Assembly (NCBI GenBank): GCA_050951545.1
Contig: JBMNJG010000011.1
Span: 288,001 to 352,000, forward strand
From: Limnochordia bacterium
GTDB taxonomy: Bacteria; Bacillota; Limnochordia; DTU080
Direction of reading: 5' to 3'
DNA length: 64,000 nucleotides
A program made the translations under genes and the position numbers. Below are positions 29,544-40,810 of this stretch, one piece after another (the stretch's first letter is position 1; every line of letters starts with the position of its first letter). The notes under the pieces were generated by a model. That model did no database searches and was not told the origin of the DNA. It worked only from the letters and a program-made list of their open reading frames with translations.

Positions 29544-30013
29544 CTATTGAACCGATGCGCCTGCGGGATCTACCCGATATTCTCAGGATTGAGAAGCTCT
29601 CGTTTACTACACCTTGGTCTAAGAACGCGTTCCTGTCGGAGCTGCTGGAGAACGATCGCGCGTTCTACCTTGTGGCCAGGATAGGGGAGCAAGCTGTTGG
29701 TTATGTGGGGGTGTGGTTGGTAGCGGGCGAGGGGCATATCACAAACGTAGCCGTACATCCGGGTTTCCGTCAGCGAGGGATCGGACGTCAGCTTATGCTG
29801 GCCATTGAGCAGCTAGCCAAGGAACGCCGAGCCCAACGGATGACGCTTGAGGTGCGTAGGTCAAACGCCGTTGCCCAGGGACTGTATCGCCAGTTAGGTT
29901 ATGTGGGAGCGGGATATCGGCGCGGCTACTATCGCGACAACAACGAGGATGCCTTGATCATGTGGAAGGAACTCTGGTATGATCTTAGTCTAGGTCCGGA
30001 GGAGAGCCAGTGA
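29519..30013 (+). CDS. rimI: Ribosomal protein S18 alanine N-acetyltransferase
   Basis: PWS, HITNVAV..RQRGIG, LEVRRSN, YY..NNEDALIM. Confidence 0.94.
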   Translation: MGKSAPPIAIEPMRLRDLPDILRIEKLSFTTPWSKNAFLSELLENDRAFYLVARIGEQAVGYVGVWLVAGEGHITNVAVHPGFRQRGIGRQLMLAIEQLAKERRAQRMTLEVRRSNAVAQGLYRQLGYVGAGYRRGYYRDNNEDALIMWKELWYDLSLGPEESQ

Positions 30014-31014
30014 AAGAGCTGGTCTTGGGAATAGAGTCGAGTTGTGACGAGACTGCGGCGAGTGTGGTGGCCGGAGGCAGACGCATTTTGTCAAATACCG
30101 TGGCCTCTCAGGTGAGTCTCCACCAGCGGTATGGTGGCGTAGTCCCCGAGATCGCCAGCCGCCGCCATGTGGAGCTCATTTTGCCAGTGATCGACACGGC
30201 ATTGCAGGAAGCTGACGTGGATATGGCGCAGGTGGCAGCCATCGCGGTCACGTACGGACCAGGGTTGGTGGGCAGCTTGCTGGTGGGTCTATCTGCGGCT
30301 AAGGCACTGGCTCTTGTCTCTGGCAAGCCCTTGGTGGGTGTCAACCATGTTGAGGCCCATATCTATGCCAACTTCATCGCTCATCCCGAACTGCAGCCGC
30401 CACTGGTTTGCCTCACGGTCTCCGGTGGACATACCGACTTGCTCTACATTCCTGAACCCGGTGCCTACACTATCTTGGGACGTACGCGGGATGATGCCGC
30501 TGGCGAGGCCTTTGACAAGGTGGGGCGGGTGATGGGTCTTCTGTACCCGGCGGGTCCGGAGATTGATGCGCTGGCGCTGCATGGCAATCCTGCTGCTGTT
30601 GCCTTGCCGCGGGGACTGACCGAGGGCCTTGATTTCAGTTTCAGCGGACTGAAGACCGCAGCGATCAATGCTTTGCACAACGCAGAGCAGAGGGGCGAAG
30701 AAATAGTCCGTGCGGATTTCGCGGCCAGCTTGCAGGAGGCGATTGTGGATGTGTTGGTAGACAAGACCATGCGTGCCGCGCACCAGACTGATGTGCCAAC
30801 GATCATCATTTCGGGCGGCGTCGCAGCAAACAGCCGACTTCGCCAGCGTCTAGGGCAGAGTGCCACTGCAGAAGGCTATCGTTTTTTCTATCCGCCAGCT
30901 GAGCTCTGTACCGATAACGCGGCGATGGTGGCTAGTGCAGGATTCTTTCGCTGGCAGCGAGGAGCAAGCGACCCGCTATCCCTCAATGTTGAGCCGGGGC
31001 TGCGCCTTAGTTGA
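30010..31014 (+). CDS. tsaD: tRNA N6-threonylcarbamoyltransferase
   Basis: IESSCDET, GGVVPEIASRRH, HVEAH, SGGHT, DDAAGEAFDK, DNAAM. Confidence 0.97.
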   Translation: MKELVLGIESSCDETAASVVAGGRRILSNTVASQVSLHQRYGGVVPEIASRRHVELILPVIDTALQEADVDMAQVAAIAVTYGPGLVGSLLVGLSAAKALALVSGKPLVGVNHVEAHIYANFIAHPELQPPLVCLTVSGGHTDLLYIPEPGAYTILGRTRDDAAGEAFDKVGRVMGLLYPAGPEIDALALHGNPAAVALPRGLTEGLDFSFSGLKTAAINALHNAEQRGEEIVRADFAASLQEAIVDVLVDKTMRAAHQTDVPTIIISGGVAANSRLRQRLGQSATAEGYRFFYPPAELCTDNAAMVASAGFFRWQRGASDPLSLNVEPGLRLS

Positions 31015-31099
31015 CAAGCCTAAGAAGGGCTTTGGGTCTACGCGTGGAACTTTTCACTGTTAGTGCTAGTGCATGATCCGCAGGAGGAGGAAAGCGACT

Positions 31100-32290
31100 A
31101 TGCCATCCCGTGCCGACAGCATGGGGCTGTTGGGAACTGAAACCGCCTTTGAGGTGCTTGCGGAGGTTCAGAAGCTCGAAGCGCAAGGACGCGAGATCGT
31201 GAGCTTTGCCATAGGCGAGCCTGATTTTGATACCCCCGAGAATATCAAAGAGATGGGTATCGAAGCTATCCGCAACAATCAGACCCATTACAGTCCCTCC
31301 GCCGGCCTGATGCCTCTTCGGGAGGCGATTGCTAACCATGTGGGGCAGACGCGCCGCACAAGGGTCGATCCCGAAGAAGTGGTGGTCACCCCAGGGGGCA
31401 AACCCATCATGTTCCACAGCATCTTGGCCACGGTAAATCCAGGCGACGAAGTGATCTATCCTAACCCGGGCTATCCCATCTACGAATCAGTGATTCGCTT
31501 CATCGGTGCCAAGCCTGTTCCGCTATCGCTAGACGAAGAGCGAGGCTTTTCGTTTGATGCCGATGAGCTACGGGCTAAGGTCGGTCCGAAGACGGCAATG
31601 ATCATTCTCAACTCGCCGCACAATCCGACCGGGGGTATTTTCCGACAGAGCGACCTCGAAGCCGTTGCTGAGATGGCGTTGCGCTATGATTGCTGGGTGC
31701 TCTCTGACGAGATATACTCGCGCATCGTCTTTGACGGTGAAGTGTATAGCATCTCATCCCTTCCCGACATGAAGCATCGCACCATTATTCTTGACGGTTT
31801 CTCGAAAACCTATTCTATGACTGGTTGGCGTCTGGGATATGGTGTTATGCCCAAGTCGTTGGCAGTGGATGTGACTCGTTTGGTCACAAACGTTGAGTCG
31901 TGTACGGCCACCTTTGTGCAGCTGGCTGGCATCGAAGCTCTCACTGGCCCCCAAGATGCTGTGCATCGAATGGTAGCTGAGTTCAAGGCACGCCGCAATC
32001 TTATTGTCGACGGCCTCAACTCTATTGAAGGCATCTCCTGCCGTTTGCCGGGCGGTGCTTTCTACGTGTATCCGAATGTCACGGGTGCTTGTCACAAGTT
32101 GGGCTTGCGCACGTCAAACGAGTTTCAGCAGAAGCTATTGCACGAAGGAAACGTCGCTGTGCTGCCCCGCAGCTCATTCGGTATGCGCAATGTCGGCGAA
32201 ACCCAGGAGTATGTCCGTCTCTCCTATGCCACCTCGCGTGAGCATATCGAGGAGGGCCTACGGCGAATTCGATCGGTGGTGGAAGGTTGA
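31100..32290 (+). CDS. Class I/II PLP-dependent aminotransferase (aspartate aminotransferase-like)
   Basis: GEPDF, NSPHNPTG, DEIY, SKTYSMTGWRLG. ATG 31100 after AGGAGG. Confidence 0.93.
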   Translation: MPSRADSMGLLGTETAFEVLAEVQKLEAQGREIVSFAIGEPDFDTPENIKEMGIEAIRNNQTHYSPSAGLMPLREAIANHVGQTRRTRVDPEEVVVTPGGKPIMFHSILATVNPGDEVIYPNPGYPIYESVIRFIGAKPVPLSLDEERGFSFDADELRAKVGPKTAMIILNSPHNPTGGIFRQSDLEAVAEMALRYDCWVLSDEIYSRIVFDGEVYSISSLPDMKHRTIILDGFSKTYSMTGWRLGYGVMPKSLAVDVTRLVTNVESCTATFVQLAGIEALTGPQDAVHRMVAEFKARRNLIVDGLNSIEGISCRLPGGAFYVYPNVTGACHKLGLRTSNEFQQKLLHEGNVAVLPRSSFGMRNVGETQEYVRLSYATSREHIEEGLRRIRSVVEG

Positions 32291-32368
32291 GCCGCGACAG
32301 GCGACTTCAATATGGCAGATGATCATTTCGGTAGTAGCACAAGCATTTATCGAGGAGGCCTAACCCCT

Positions 32369-34408
32369 ATGGCTTTGGAGAAGAATCCCATCAGTCTTGT
32401 GCATTTCATGGCCTACCCTGGGCCCGGCAATACCCGTTCAGTGTCCCGGGGCGAGGCGGTGCGCGAGTATCTGTTGCGTTCGCTAAAGGAAGTCCTTGAC
32501 GACCCGTACTTTCAAGGTATCGAGATCACCTGGATCAAGGATAAGCGAGTGCGTGCTGAGGTCGCTGCCCTTCTCAAGGAATCAGGGAAGCGGGTTGTGT
32601 TCTCCGCCCAACCGATACAGCTGCAGAATGAAGACGCCCTCATTCCTTGGGAGGACATCTCTTGCATCGATGAAGTAGGCAGACGTCAGGCAGTGGAAAG
32701 GCTGGAGGGCTGTGTTCGTCAGGCCTATGAGTTGGGGGCTTCCGAGTTTGGTCTGGTCAGTGGGCGTGATCCAGGCGCGGCATCCGGCCTGAAACAGCGC
32801 GAAACTGCGATGCGCCAGTTGACGCGTTCGCTGGACGAGCTGTGTGAATACAGCGATCGGTGGGCTGAGAAACAAGGTCTGGATCCCATGCGCATCACGT
32901 TGGAGATCTTCGACCGGTCTTCGGAACCCAATCACAAGAATCAGCTGGTCGGTCCTTCGGACGAGGCTGCGGAGTTGGCCCGGCGCCTACGGGATAACTA
33001 TCGTCGGTCGAACTTCGGTCTGCTCTACGATCTCAGCCATATGCCGCTGCTGCGAGGGAATTCGTTTGCCGCGGAGACCCCCGCCGTGCTGCACGAGTTG
33101 GCGCCATTTCTCCATCACGTGCATATCGGCAGTTGCGTAACCAATGCGGAGGATCCGCTCTATGGTGACTCGCATCCACGATTTGACTATGCGGGCAGCG
33201 CTGTTGACGAGGATCTGCTGGCCGAATTCGCAAAGGCTCTTGTAGAGATTGGCTATGAAGGTGGAATCGGCTTTGAGGTCATGCCCTACGGCGATGAGAC
33301 CTCAAGCATGGTGGTACAGAGCACGAAAGCCTTCTTCGACATCGTACGCAGCAGAATCGATGTCAACTACGCTTTGGGTTCATTCTACTTCCAGACCCGG
33401 CGTTTTCTCACCGAGACACTTTTTGACCGCATCAATGAAGTACGCATGGGCAAGCCACAGGCGATCACGGATGCAGTGCAGGCGCGTAAGAGACGAGATT
33501 GTATTGCGCCCGATGGTCGTCTAGTGATCGTGGCAGCTGACCATCCGGGGCGTCGAGTGACGTCAGTTGGCAGTAATCCAACGGCTATGGGCGATCGCAT
33601 GGACTATCTGGGCCGCATCATGCGGACCATGCTAGGCAAGGGCGTCGACGGTCTGATGGCTACACCCGACATTATCGAGGAGGTTCTGTTGGTTGACCAC
33701 CTGCTCAAAGAGCAGGGGGCGGCCAGCATTCTGGATAACAAAGTGTTGATTGGCTCAATGAACCGGGCAGGCCTAAGCGGAGTCGAGTACGAGATGGACG
33801 ACCGCATGACAGCGATGACTGCCCAACAGTTGCTCGATATGGGTTGTGACGGCGGCAAGATGCTGCTGCGCATTGATGCAGCGAAGTTCTCTCGCTACTC
33901 TATCGCTACGATGGATTATTGTGCCAAAGCCGTCGCAGAGTGCCGCGAGGCGGGCTTGCCTACCTTTGTAGAGCCCTTGCCAGTCGTGTCGACAGAGGAA
34001 GGCTACAAGGTTGTTATGGAAGCCGACGCGATTATCCAGGTCATCGGGATAGCCTCATCACTGGGTGGCTCCTCACGAGACATGTGGATTAAGGTCCCCT
34101 ACGTACCGGATTACCACAGAGTGGTGAAAGCGACGACTCTACCAATCCTTATGTTGGGTGGGGCCTCACGTGAGAATCCGTTACGCACCATCAGAGCCTT
34201 TGAAGAGGGTATGGGAGAAGGAGCCAACGTTCGCGGTGTCATGGTAGGACGCAATGTGCTCTACAGTGGGAAGGACGATCCGCTGGCCGTTGTCGAAGCG
34301 ATTGCCATGCTGGTTCACGACTACGCCTCTATTGACCAGGCTGTACGCCATTTGGCACAAGCACGCGGTCGGGACCTCGACTTTCTCACATCGCGACTTG
34401 GTGTCTGA
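32369..34408 (+). CDS. Fusion: xylose-isomerase-like TIM barrel + Cgl0159-like (DhnA-type) aldolase barrel
   Basis: N-half: LEIFD, YDLSH, HVHIG, GDSHP, GFEV. C-half: AADHP.R, GSMNRAGL.G..EMDDR, DGGKMLLRID, WIKVP, GRNVLY. Confidence 0.75.
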   Translation: MALEKNPISLVHFMAYPGPGNTRSVSRGEAVREYLLRSLKEVLDDPYFQGIEITWIKDKRVRAEVAALLKESGKRVVFSAQPIQLQNEDALIPWEDISCIDEVGRRQAVERLEGCVRQAYELGASEFGLVSGRDPGAASGLKQRETAMRQLTRSLDELCEYSDRWAEKQGLDPMRITLEIFDRSSEPNHKNQLVGPSDEAAELARRLRDNYRRSNFGLLYDLSHMPLLRGNSFAAETPAVLHELAPFLHHVHIGSCVTNAEDPLYGDSHPRFDYAGSAVDEDLLAEFAKALVEIGYEGGIGFEVMPYGDETSSMVVQSTKAFFDIVRSRIDVNYALGSFYFQTRRFLTETLFDRINEVRMGKPQAITDAVQARKRRDCIAPDGRLVIVAADHPGRRVTSVGSNPTAMGDRMDYLGRIMRTMLGKGVDGLMATPDIIEEVLLVDHLLKEQGAASILDNKVLIGSMNRAGLSGVEYEMDDRMTAMTAQQLLDMGCDGGKMLLRIDAAKFSRYSIATMDYCAKAVAECREAGLPTFVEPLPVVSTEEGYKVVMEADAIIQVIGIASSLGGSSRDMWIKVPYVPDYHRVVKATTLPILMLGGASRENPLRTIRAFEEGMGEGANVRGVMVGRNVLYSGKDDPLAVVEAIAMLVHDYASIDQAVRHLAQARGRDLDFLTSRLGV

Positions 34409-34436
34409 GCACGTTAACGGTCGGGGAGGAGTTAGT

Positions 34437-34820
34437 GTGTCTGATAGGCGCAGGGTGACCATCACCGCGGGGGCTGTATCAGTTGGTGCGGTGCTAAACG
34501 CCAGTAAAACCGCTGATGCGATATGGGAAGCACTCCCCCTAGAGGCTCGGGCGAATCGCTGGGGAGACGAGATCTATTTCGGTATCCCAGTGCGATTGGG
34601 CTCGGAAGATGGTCAGGAAGTTGTCGAGGTAGGTGATCTGGCGTACTGGCCACCAGGAAATGCGTTCTGCATTTTCTGGGGGCCGACCCCAGCGAGTAGG
34701 GGCAGCGAGATTCGTCCAGCCAGTGCTGTCAATGTCCTTGGGAGAATTGATGGTGACGCCACCGTTTTCTCTTCGGTACGTTCAGGGGTTACGGTGCGGA
34801 TCGAAAAATATAGCGACTGA
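34437..34820 (+). CDS. Cyclophilin-like fold protein (DUF369/TM1367 family)
   Basis: RWGDEIYF, GDLAYWPPGNAFCIFWGPTP. GTG 34437 after GGAGGAG. Confidence 0.88.
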   Translation: MSDRRRVTITAGAVSVGAVLNASKTADAIWEALPLEARANRWGDEIYFGIPVRLGSEDGQEVVEVGDLAYWPPGNAFCIFWGPTPASRGSEIRPASAVNVLGRIDGDATVFSSVRSGVTVRIEKYSD

Positions 34821-34843
34821 GCTGGGCTATCGGAGGAAAGCGC

Positions 34844-35575
34844 TTGTTTATCGACGTTACCCTTGTTCCAGCAGAGATAGGCGAGCATCAACCATTGGCG
34901 GATTGCGCCGTAATCGTGATCGATGTGTTACGAGCCACATCGACGATAGTGACTGCCCTTGACGCGGGCGCTGGCAGTGTGGTAGCTGTAGCGGATGCCG
35001 CGGAGGCTCGCACTCTAGCTGAAGCGCTGGGTGAGGGTGCTGTTCTGGGAGGGGAGAGGGGAGGTATTGCTCTCCCTGGCTTCCAGTTAGGGAATTCGCC
35101 ACTAGAGTACACTCGTGAGAAAGTGGCGGGCCGGACGGTGATCCTCACGACTACGAATGGCACCTACACTCTGCATCGCTCGGAAAGCGCGGCGGCAGTG
35201 GCCGTCGCAGCCTTCATCAACGCGGATGCTGCAGTTGCGTGGGCTGGGGCTCAGCTTAAGGCAGGTCGGAAGCTGATTCTGGCTTGTGCAGGCACCATGC
35301 GCCGGTTCTCCCGTGAAGACGCCTGCTGCGCAGGTCTCGTGGTAGAGCGGTTGCGGCAGCAGCTACCGGGTTCGCTACAGTGTACGGACGGGGCGGTAGC
35401 TGCAGAACAACTGTGGATTGCTGCTGAGCGCAATCCGCACCTAGTGCTGCATGAGAGCTCCCACGGAGCTGGCCTCCTCAAACTCGGTTTTGGTGCCGAC
35501 CTTGCGTACTGCGCACAGCTGTCTCGTAGCGACTCGGTTCCGCAGCTGCGTGACAGGCGCTTGGTACTGCGCTAG
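34844..35575 (+). CDS. comB: 2-phosphosulfolactate phosphatase family
   Basis: VIDVLRATST, GGERGG, GNSP, TTTNGT, EDACCAG. Confidence 0.9.
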   Translation: MFIDVTLVPAEIGEHQPLADCAVIVIDVLRATSTIVTALDAGAGSVVAVADAAEARTLAEALGEGAVLGGERGGIALPGFQLGNSPLEYTREKVAGRTVILTTTNGTYTLHRSESAAAVAVAAFINADAAVAWAGAQLKAGRKLILACAGTMRRFSREDACCAGLVVERLRQQLPGSLQCTDGAVAAEQLWIAAERNPHLVLHESSHGAGLLKLGFGADLAYCAQLSRSDSVPQLRDRRLVLR

Positions 35576-35650
35576 GGAATTCGCAGAGGAAATGGGGCGC
35601 GTGAGCGTCGAGGCCTCTTCGGCTAAGACAGCAAACGGGCCCATTTCCTC

Positions 35651-35679
35651 TTGCAAATGCCAGACAGGTTATCTATGAT
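35651..35679 (+). promoter_or_regulatory. sigA promoter of groESL
   Basis: TTGCAA-17 bp-TATGAT directly before CIRCE. Confidence 0.75.
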
Positions 35680-35689
35680 AGGGATGGGT

Positions 35690-35716
35690 TTGGCACTCGC
35701 TGCATATGAGTGCTAA
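35690..35716 (+). promoter_or_regulatory. CIRCE element (HrcA operator)
   Basis: TTGGCACTC-N9-GAGTGCTAA; one mismatch to TTAGCACTC-N9-GAGTGCTAA. Confidence 0.93.
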
Positions 35717-35772
35717 CAGAATCCATGAATAGTACGTACCAAGGCTCGTTGATGATGCAAGGAGGGAAAGAC

Positions 35773-36063
35773 GTGAACCTGAAACCGCTTGCGGATCGAG
35801 TGGTTGTCGAACCCATTGAGGCAGAGGAGATGACTGGTAGCGGTATCCTCATTCCCGATACTGCGAAGGAAAAGCCTCAACAGGGTCGTGTGATGGCTGT
35901 GGGCAGTGGCAAGCTGGCCAGCAATGGTGAACGGGTGCCGATACCAGTACAGGTTGGCGATGTCGTCTTGTTTGCCCGGTATGCTGGTTCAGAAGTGAAG
36001 CTCTCGGGCAAGAAGTACATGATCATGAACGAAAGCGAGCTACTGGCTGTCATTGCCGAGTAG
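35773..36063 (+). CDS. groES: Co-chaperonin GroES
   Basis: LKPLADRVVV, SGILIPDTAKEKPQ. GTG 35773 after GGAGG. Confidence 0.98.
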   Translation: MNLKPLADRVVVEPIEAEEMTGSGILIPDTAKEKPQQGRVMAVGSGKLASNGERVPIPVQVGDVVLFARYAGSEVKLSGKKYMIMNESELLAVIAE

Positions 36064-36081
36064 TCTTCTGGCATTACATAG

Positions 36082-37749
<1,668 letters not shown>

Positions 37750-37882
37750 TCGACTGCAGCGAGCCATTGTGGCGGTGCAGTCTGGATGTTGGGCAGGCGG
37801 GAGCCCTTGGGGTGTCCCGCCTTCGCTTATCGTTGGCTTGGGATGTGGCCCGCTCAGATGAGAGATGCTTTAGTGAAGTGGG

Positions 37883-38437
37883 GTGAAGAAAGTGGCTATG
37901 CGCCATGACGTGGAACAGATTCTCTTCGATCAGGAGACTATTGCCAAGAGGGTCAAGGAGCTAGGTACGCAGATCACCAGCGACTATGCAGGAAGGCAGC
38001 CCTTTCTCATCTGTATTTTGAAGGGGGCGTCTATCTTTATGGCGGATCTGTGCCGGCGCATCGATCTGCCAGTAGCTCTCGATTTCATGGCCATATCTAG
38101 CTATGGTGCTGGGACAAGCAGTTCTGGGGTTGTGCGTATCGCCAAGGATCTTGACCGTTCGATCGAGAACAAGGATGTAATCATTGTGGAGGATATCGTG
38201 GACAGTGGCCTGACACTCTCCTATCTGTTGGCCAACCTGAGCTCGCGTCACCCGGCTTCGCTGCGTATCTGTGTCCTTCTGGATAAGATGGAGCGGCGCG
38301 AGGTCGAGGTGCCCGTTGACTACAGGGGCTTTGTGATACCCGATCATTTTGTAGTCGGTTACGGGCTGGACTATGCAGAGAAGTACCGCAACCTGCCCTA
38401 CGTTGGCGTGCTCAAACCAGAGGTCTACAAGGCCTGA
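37883..38437 (+). CDS. hpt: Hypoxanthine phosphoribosyltransferase
   Basis: ILKG, SSYG, VEDIVDSGLTL, VGYGLDY..YRNLP. Confidence 0.96.
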   Translation: MKKVAMRHDVEQILFDQETIAKRVKELGTQITSDYAGRQPFLICILKGASIFMADLCRRIDLPVALDFMAISSYGAGTSSSGVVRIAKDLDRSIENKDVIIVEDIVDSGLTLSYLLANLSSRHPASLRICVLLDKMERREVEVPVDYRGFVIPDHFVVGYGLDYAEKYRNLPYVGVLKPEVYKA

Positions 38438-38460
38438 TCCTTTTGTTGGGGGGGACGCAC

Positions 38461-40030
38461 ATGTCGGAAAGCACGACATCCATACCGCTTCACGATTGGG
38501 TTGCCGTTGATTGATTGTGGCGGGAATTTCAGTCATCTCGTGGCCCGCAAAGTGCGCGAGTGTCACGTGTATTGCGAGATATGGCCTCACACCACTTCCG
38601 TAGCCGAGATTCTGGAAAGGCGGCCGAAGGGCATTATCCTCTCGGGAGGCACCTCGAGTGTTTTTGACGAGGCCGCTCCACACTGTCACACAGAGTTCTT
38701 TCAGGCAGGCATACCGGTTCTAGGCATTTGCTATGGCATGCATGTGATGGCGCAAGCTCTGGGCGGCAAGGTAGTACCCGGGAGCAGTTCTGAGTTTGGG
38801 CGGGCCCGCGTGCACCTGCTTGACCGAGGTGACCTTTTGGCAGGGATTGATGACGAAGCTGGTGGGGGCATGGTAGCCTGGATGCGCTATGGGGATCGAG
38901 TTGAGGTGGTTCCGCCTAGCTTCGATGTGATTGCTCACACAGATAACGTTGCTGTAGCGGCGATGCGGCATGTTGATCGGCGGTTTTTCGGTATTCAGTT
39001 TCATCCCGAGGTAGAAGAGACGCCCCAGGGCAGGGAGGTCCTGCGCAACTTCGTCGTGGATACATGCGGCTGCCGTCCTACGTGGACGATGGAAAGTTTT
39101 GTGGAATCGGCGGTCGAGGAGATTCGTGCACAGGTCGGCAAACAGAAGGTGCTCGCTGCCTTGTCCGGAGGGGTTGATTCGGCCGTAGCAGCGGCGCTGG
39201 TGGAGCGGGCTGTTGGCGATCAACTGACCTGCGTTTTCGTCAATAACGGGTTCATGCGGCGAGGAGAACCTGAACAGGTTGGTGAGGTCTTCTCTGCGCG
39301 CATGGGTAGCGGCTTTCGCAGTGTAGATGCATCAGAGCGCTTTCTGAGCAAGCTTGAGGGCGTGGCAGATCCGGAGACCAAACGCAAGATCATTGGAGAG
39401 GAATTCATTCGCGTCTTTGAAGAAGAGGCCCGGGGGTTGGGAGAGGTACGCTATCTTGTGCAGGGTACCCTCTATCCTGATGTCATCGAGAGCATGAGTG
39501 CAGGGGCGAAGGTGATCAAGAGTCACCATAACGTGGGCGGCCTCCCGGAGTGCATGCATTTGGATCTCATTGAGCCGTTACGTCAGCTTTTCAAGGATGA
39601 GGTGCGCGAACTAGGCTTAGTACTGGGACTACCGTCCTCTATCGTCTGGCGGCAGCCGTTTCCCGGCCCGGGCCTGGCCATTCGCATCTGTGGGGCCATA
39701 GACAGGGAGCGCCTCGCCATCGTGCGCCAGGCCGATGCGATTGTGTGCGAGGAGATTGATCAGGCAGGCCTAGGGCGCGAGATCTGGCAATATTTCGCTG
39801 TCGTGACGGATACGCGCAGCGTCGGTGTGGCCGAAGATACGCGCACTTATGGCTACGCGGTCGCCATTCGGGCGGTCACCTCTCAAGATGCGATGACTGC
39901 TGAGTGGGGTCGATTGCCCTATGATCTCTTAGATCGGATGGCGTCACGGATCATGCACGAAGTAGATCATGTCAACCGCGTAGTATACGACGTCAGCTCG
40001 AAGCCGCCCGCTACAATAGAGTGGGAGTAG
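38461..40030 (+). CDS. guaA: GMP synthase; apparent 1-nt frameshift near 38508 and altered glutaminase domain
   Basis: Synthetase motifs [33 protein letters not shown] intact. ATG 38461 frame stops at 38512-38514; the main frame opens at 38501. Confidence 0.93.
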
Positions 40031-40771
40031 GTGCCGCTGTTGGCCTGGCGCGTTGGATGGCTGGCGATAGCTCTCTGGCTCGTTTGTCTGTCGCCTGTGC
40101 GTGCCTGTGGGATAGATCTGGAGGTCTTCTGTCCCGAGCATATCACCGTGGGGATGCAGGCGGCTTACGGCGGGGCAATCTTGTTTCCTCCCGATGAGGC
40201 CTGTGGACCTTTCGATGCAGGGTATCGCTTCGTGGCTGGTATGCAACTCGACGAGCTTCTAGCGGGGGTCGACGTGCTGTGGCTGGAGATTCATGCACAT
40301 ACTCCCCCGCTGCATGCGCAGGAGATCAATATGTGGGGGGAGTATCTTCGTCGTGGCGGCAGTCTTCTTGTAGCGGCTTCGACAAGAGGAAAAGCGGAGG
40401 CCAACCGCCTGCTAGAAATCCTGGGGGCGAGAGTGCGCTTAGGTGATGATCTTTCTGTTGTTTCGGCGCGCGTTCCGACTCCGCAATGGCGGGAGGACCT
40501 GGTCCCCATACAGCTTACGGAGGCAGTTGGGCTGACTGGCATTGACGGTTCTGTCACTGTGCTCTTGGAGGTGGCCGGGCACGTAGGGGTGGGCAGCTTG
40601 GAGGCGGTGGGCAAAGGACAGCTGGCTGTCTGTGCTGGTACGCTCGACCCCTTGTGCCACGAAGACACCGAGTTCGACAACGGTCCGTTTCTCCAGGCGC
40701 TGCTAGGATGGTTAGGCACGAAGGCCAAGGCCGCGTTGCTCGACGAGCGTAGGCTTTGTGTCGATCAGTAG
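40031..40771 (+). CDS. Hypothetical secreted protein (DUF4350/GldG-like alpha/beta segment)
   Basis: Signal-like N-terminus; 'YLRRGGSLLVAA' and 'GKGQLAV' resemble DUF4350-type domains; abuts guaA and hisD. Confidence 0.5.
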   Translation: MPLLAWRVGWLAIALWLVCLSPVRACGIDLEVFCPEHITVGMQAAYGGAILFPPDEACGPFDAGYRFVAGMQLDELLAGVDVLWLEIHAHTPPLHAQEINMWGEYLRRGGSLLVAASTRGKAEANRLLEILGARVRLGDDLSVVSARVPTPQWREDLVPIQLTEAVGLTGIDGSVTVLLEVAGHVGVGSLEAVGKGQLAVCAGTLDPLCHEDTEFDNGPFLQALLGWLGTKAKAALLDERRLCVDQ

Positions 40772-40810
40772 ATGCACAGCGTAACACGATCAGCTAGGGG
40801 GGGTGCGGCT

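Noticed and set aside
35586-35650. Inverted repeat GAGGAAATGGG..CCCATTTCCTC upstream of the groES promoter
   Set aside because: Most simply a terminator-like structure after comB; no further support for a regulatory role.
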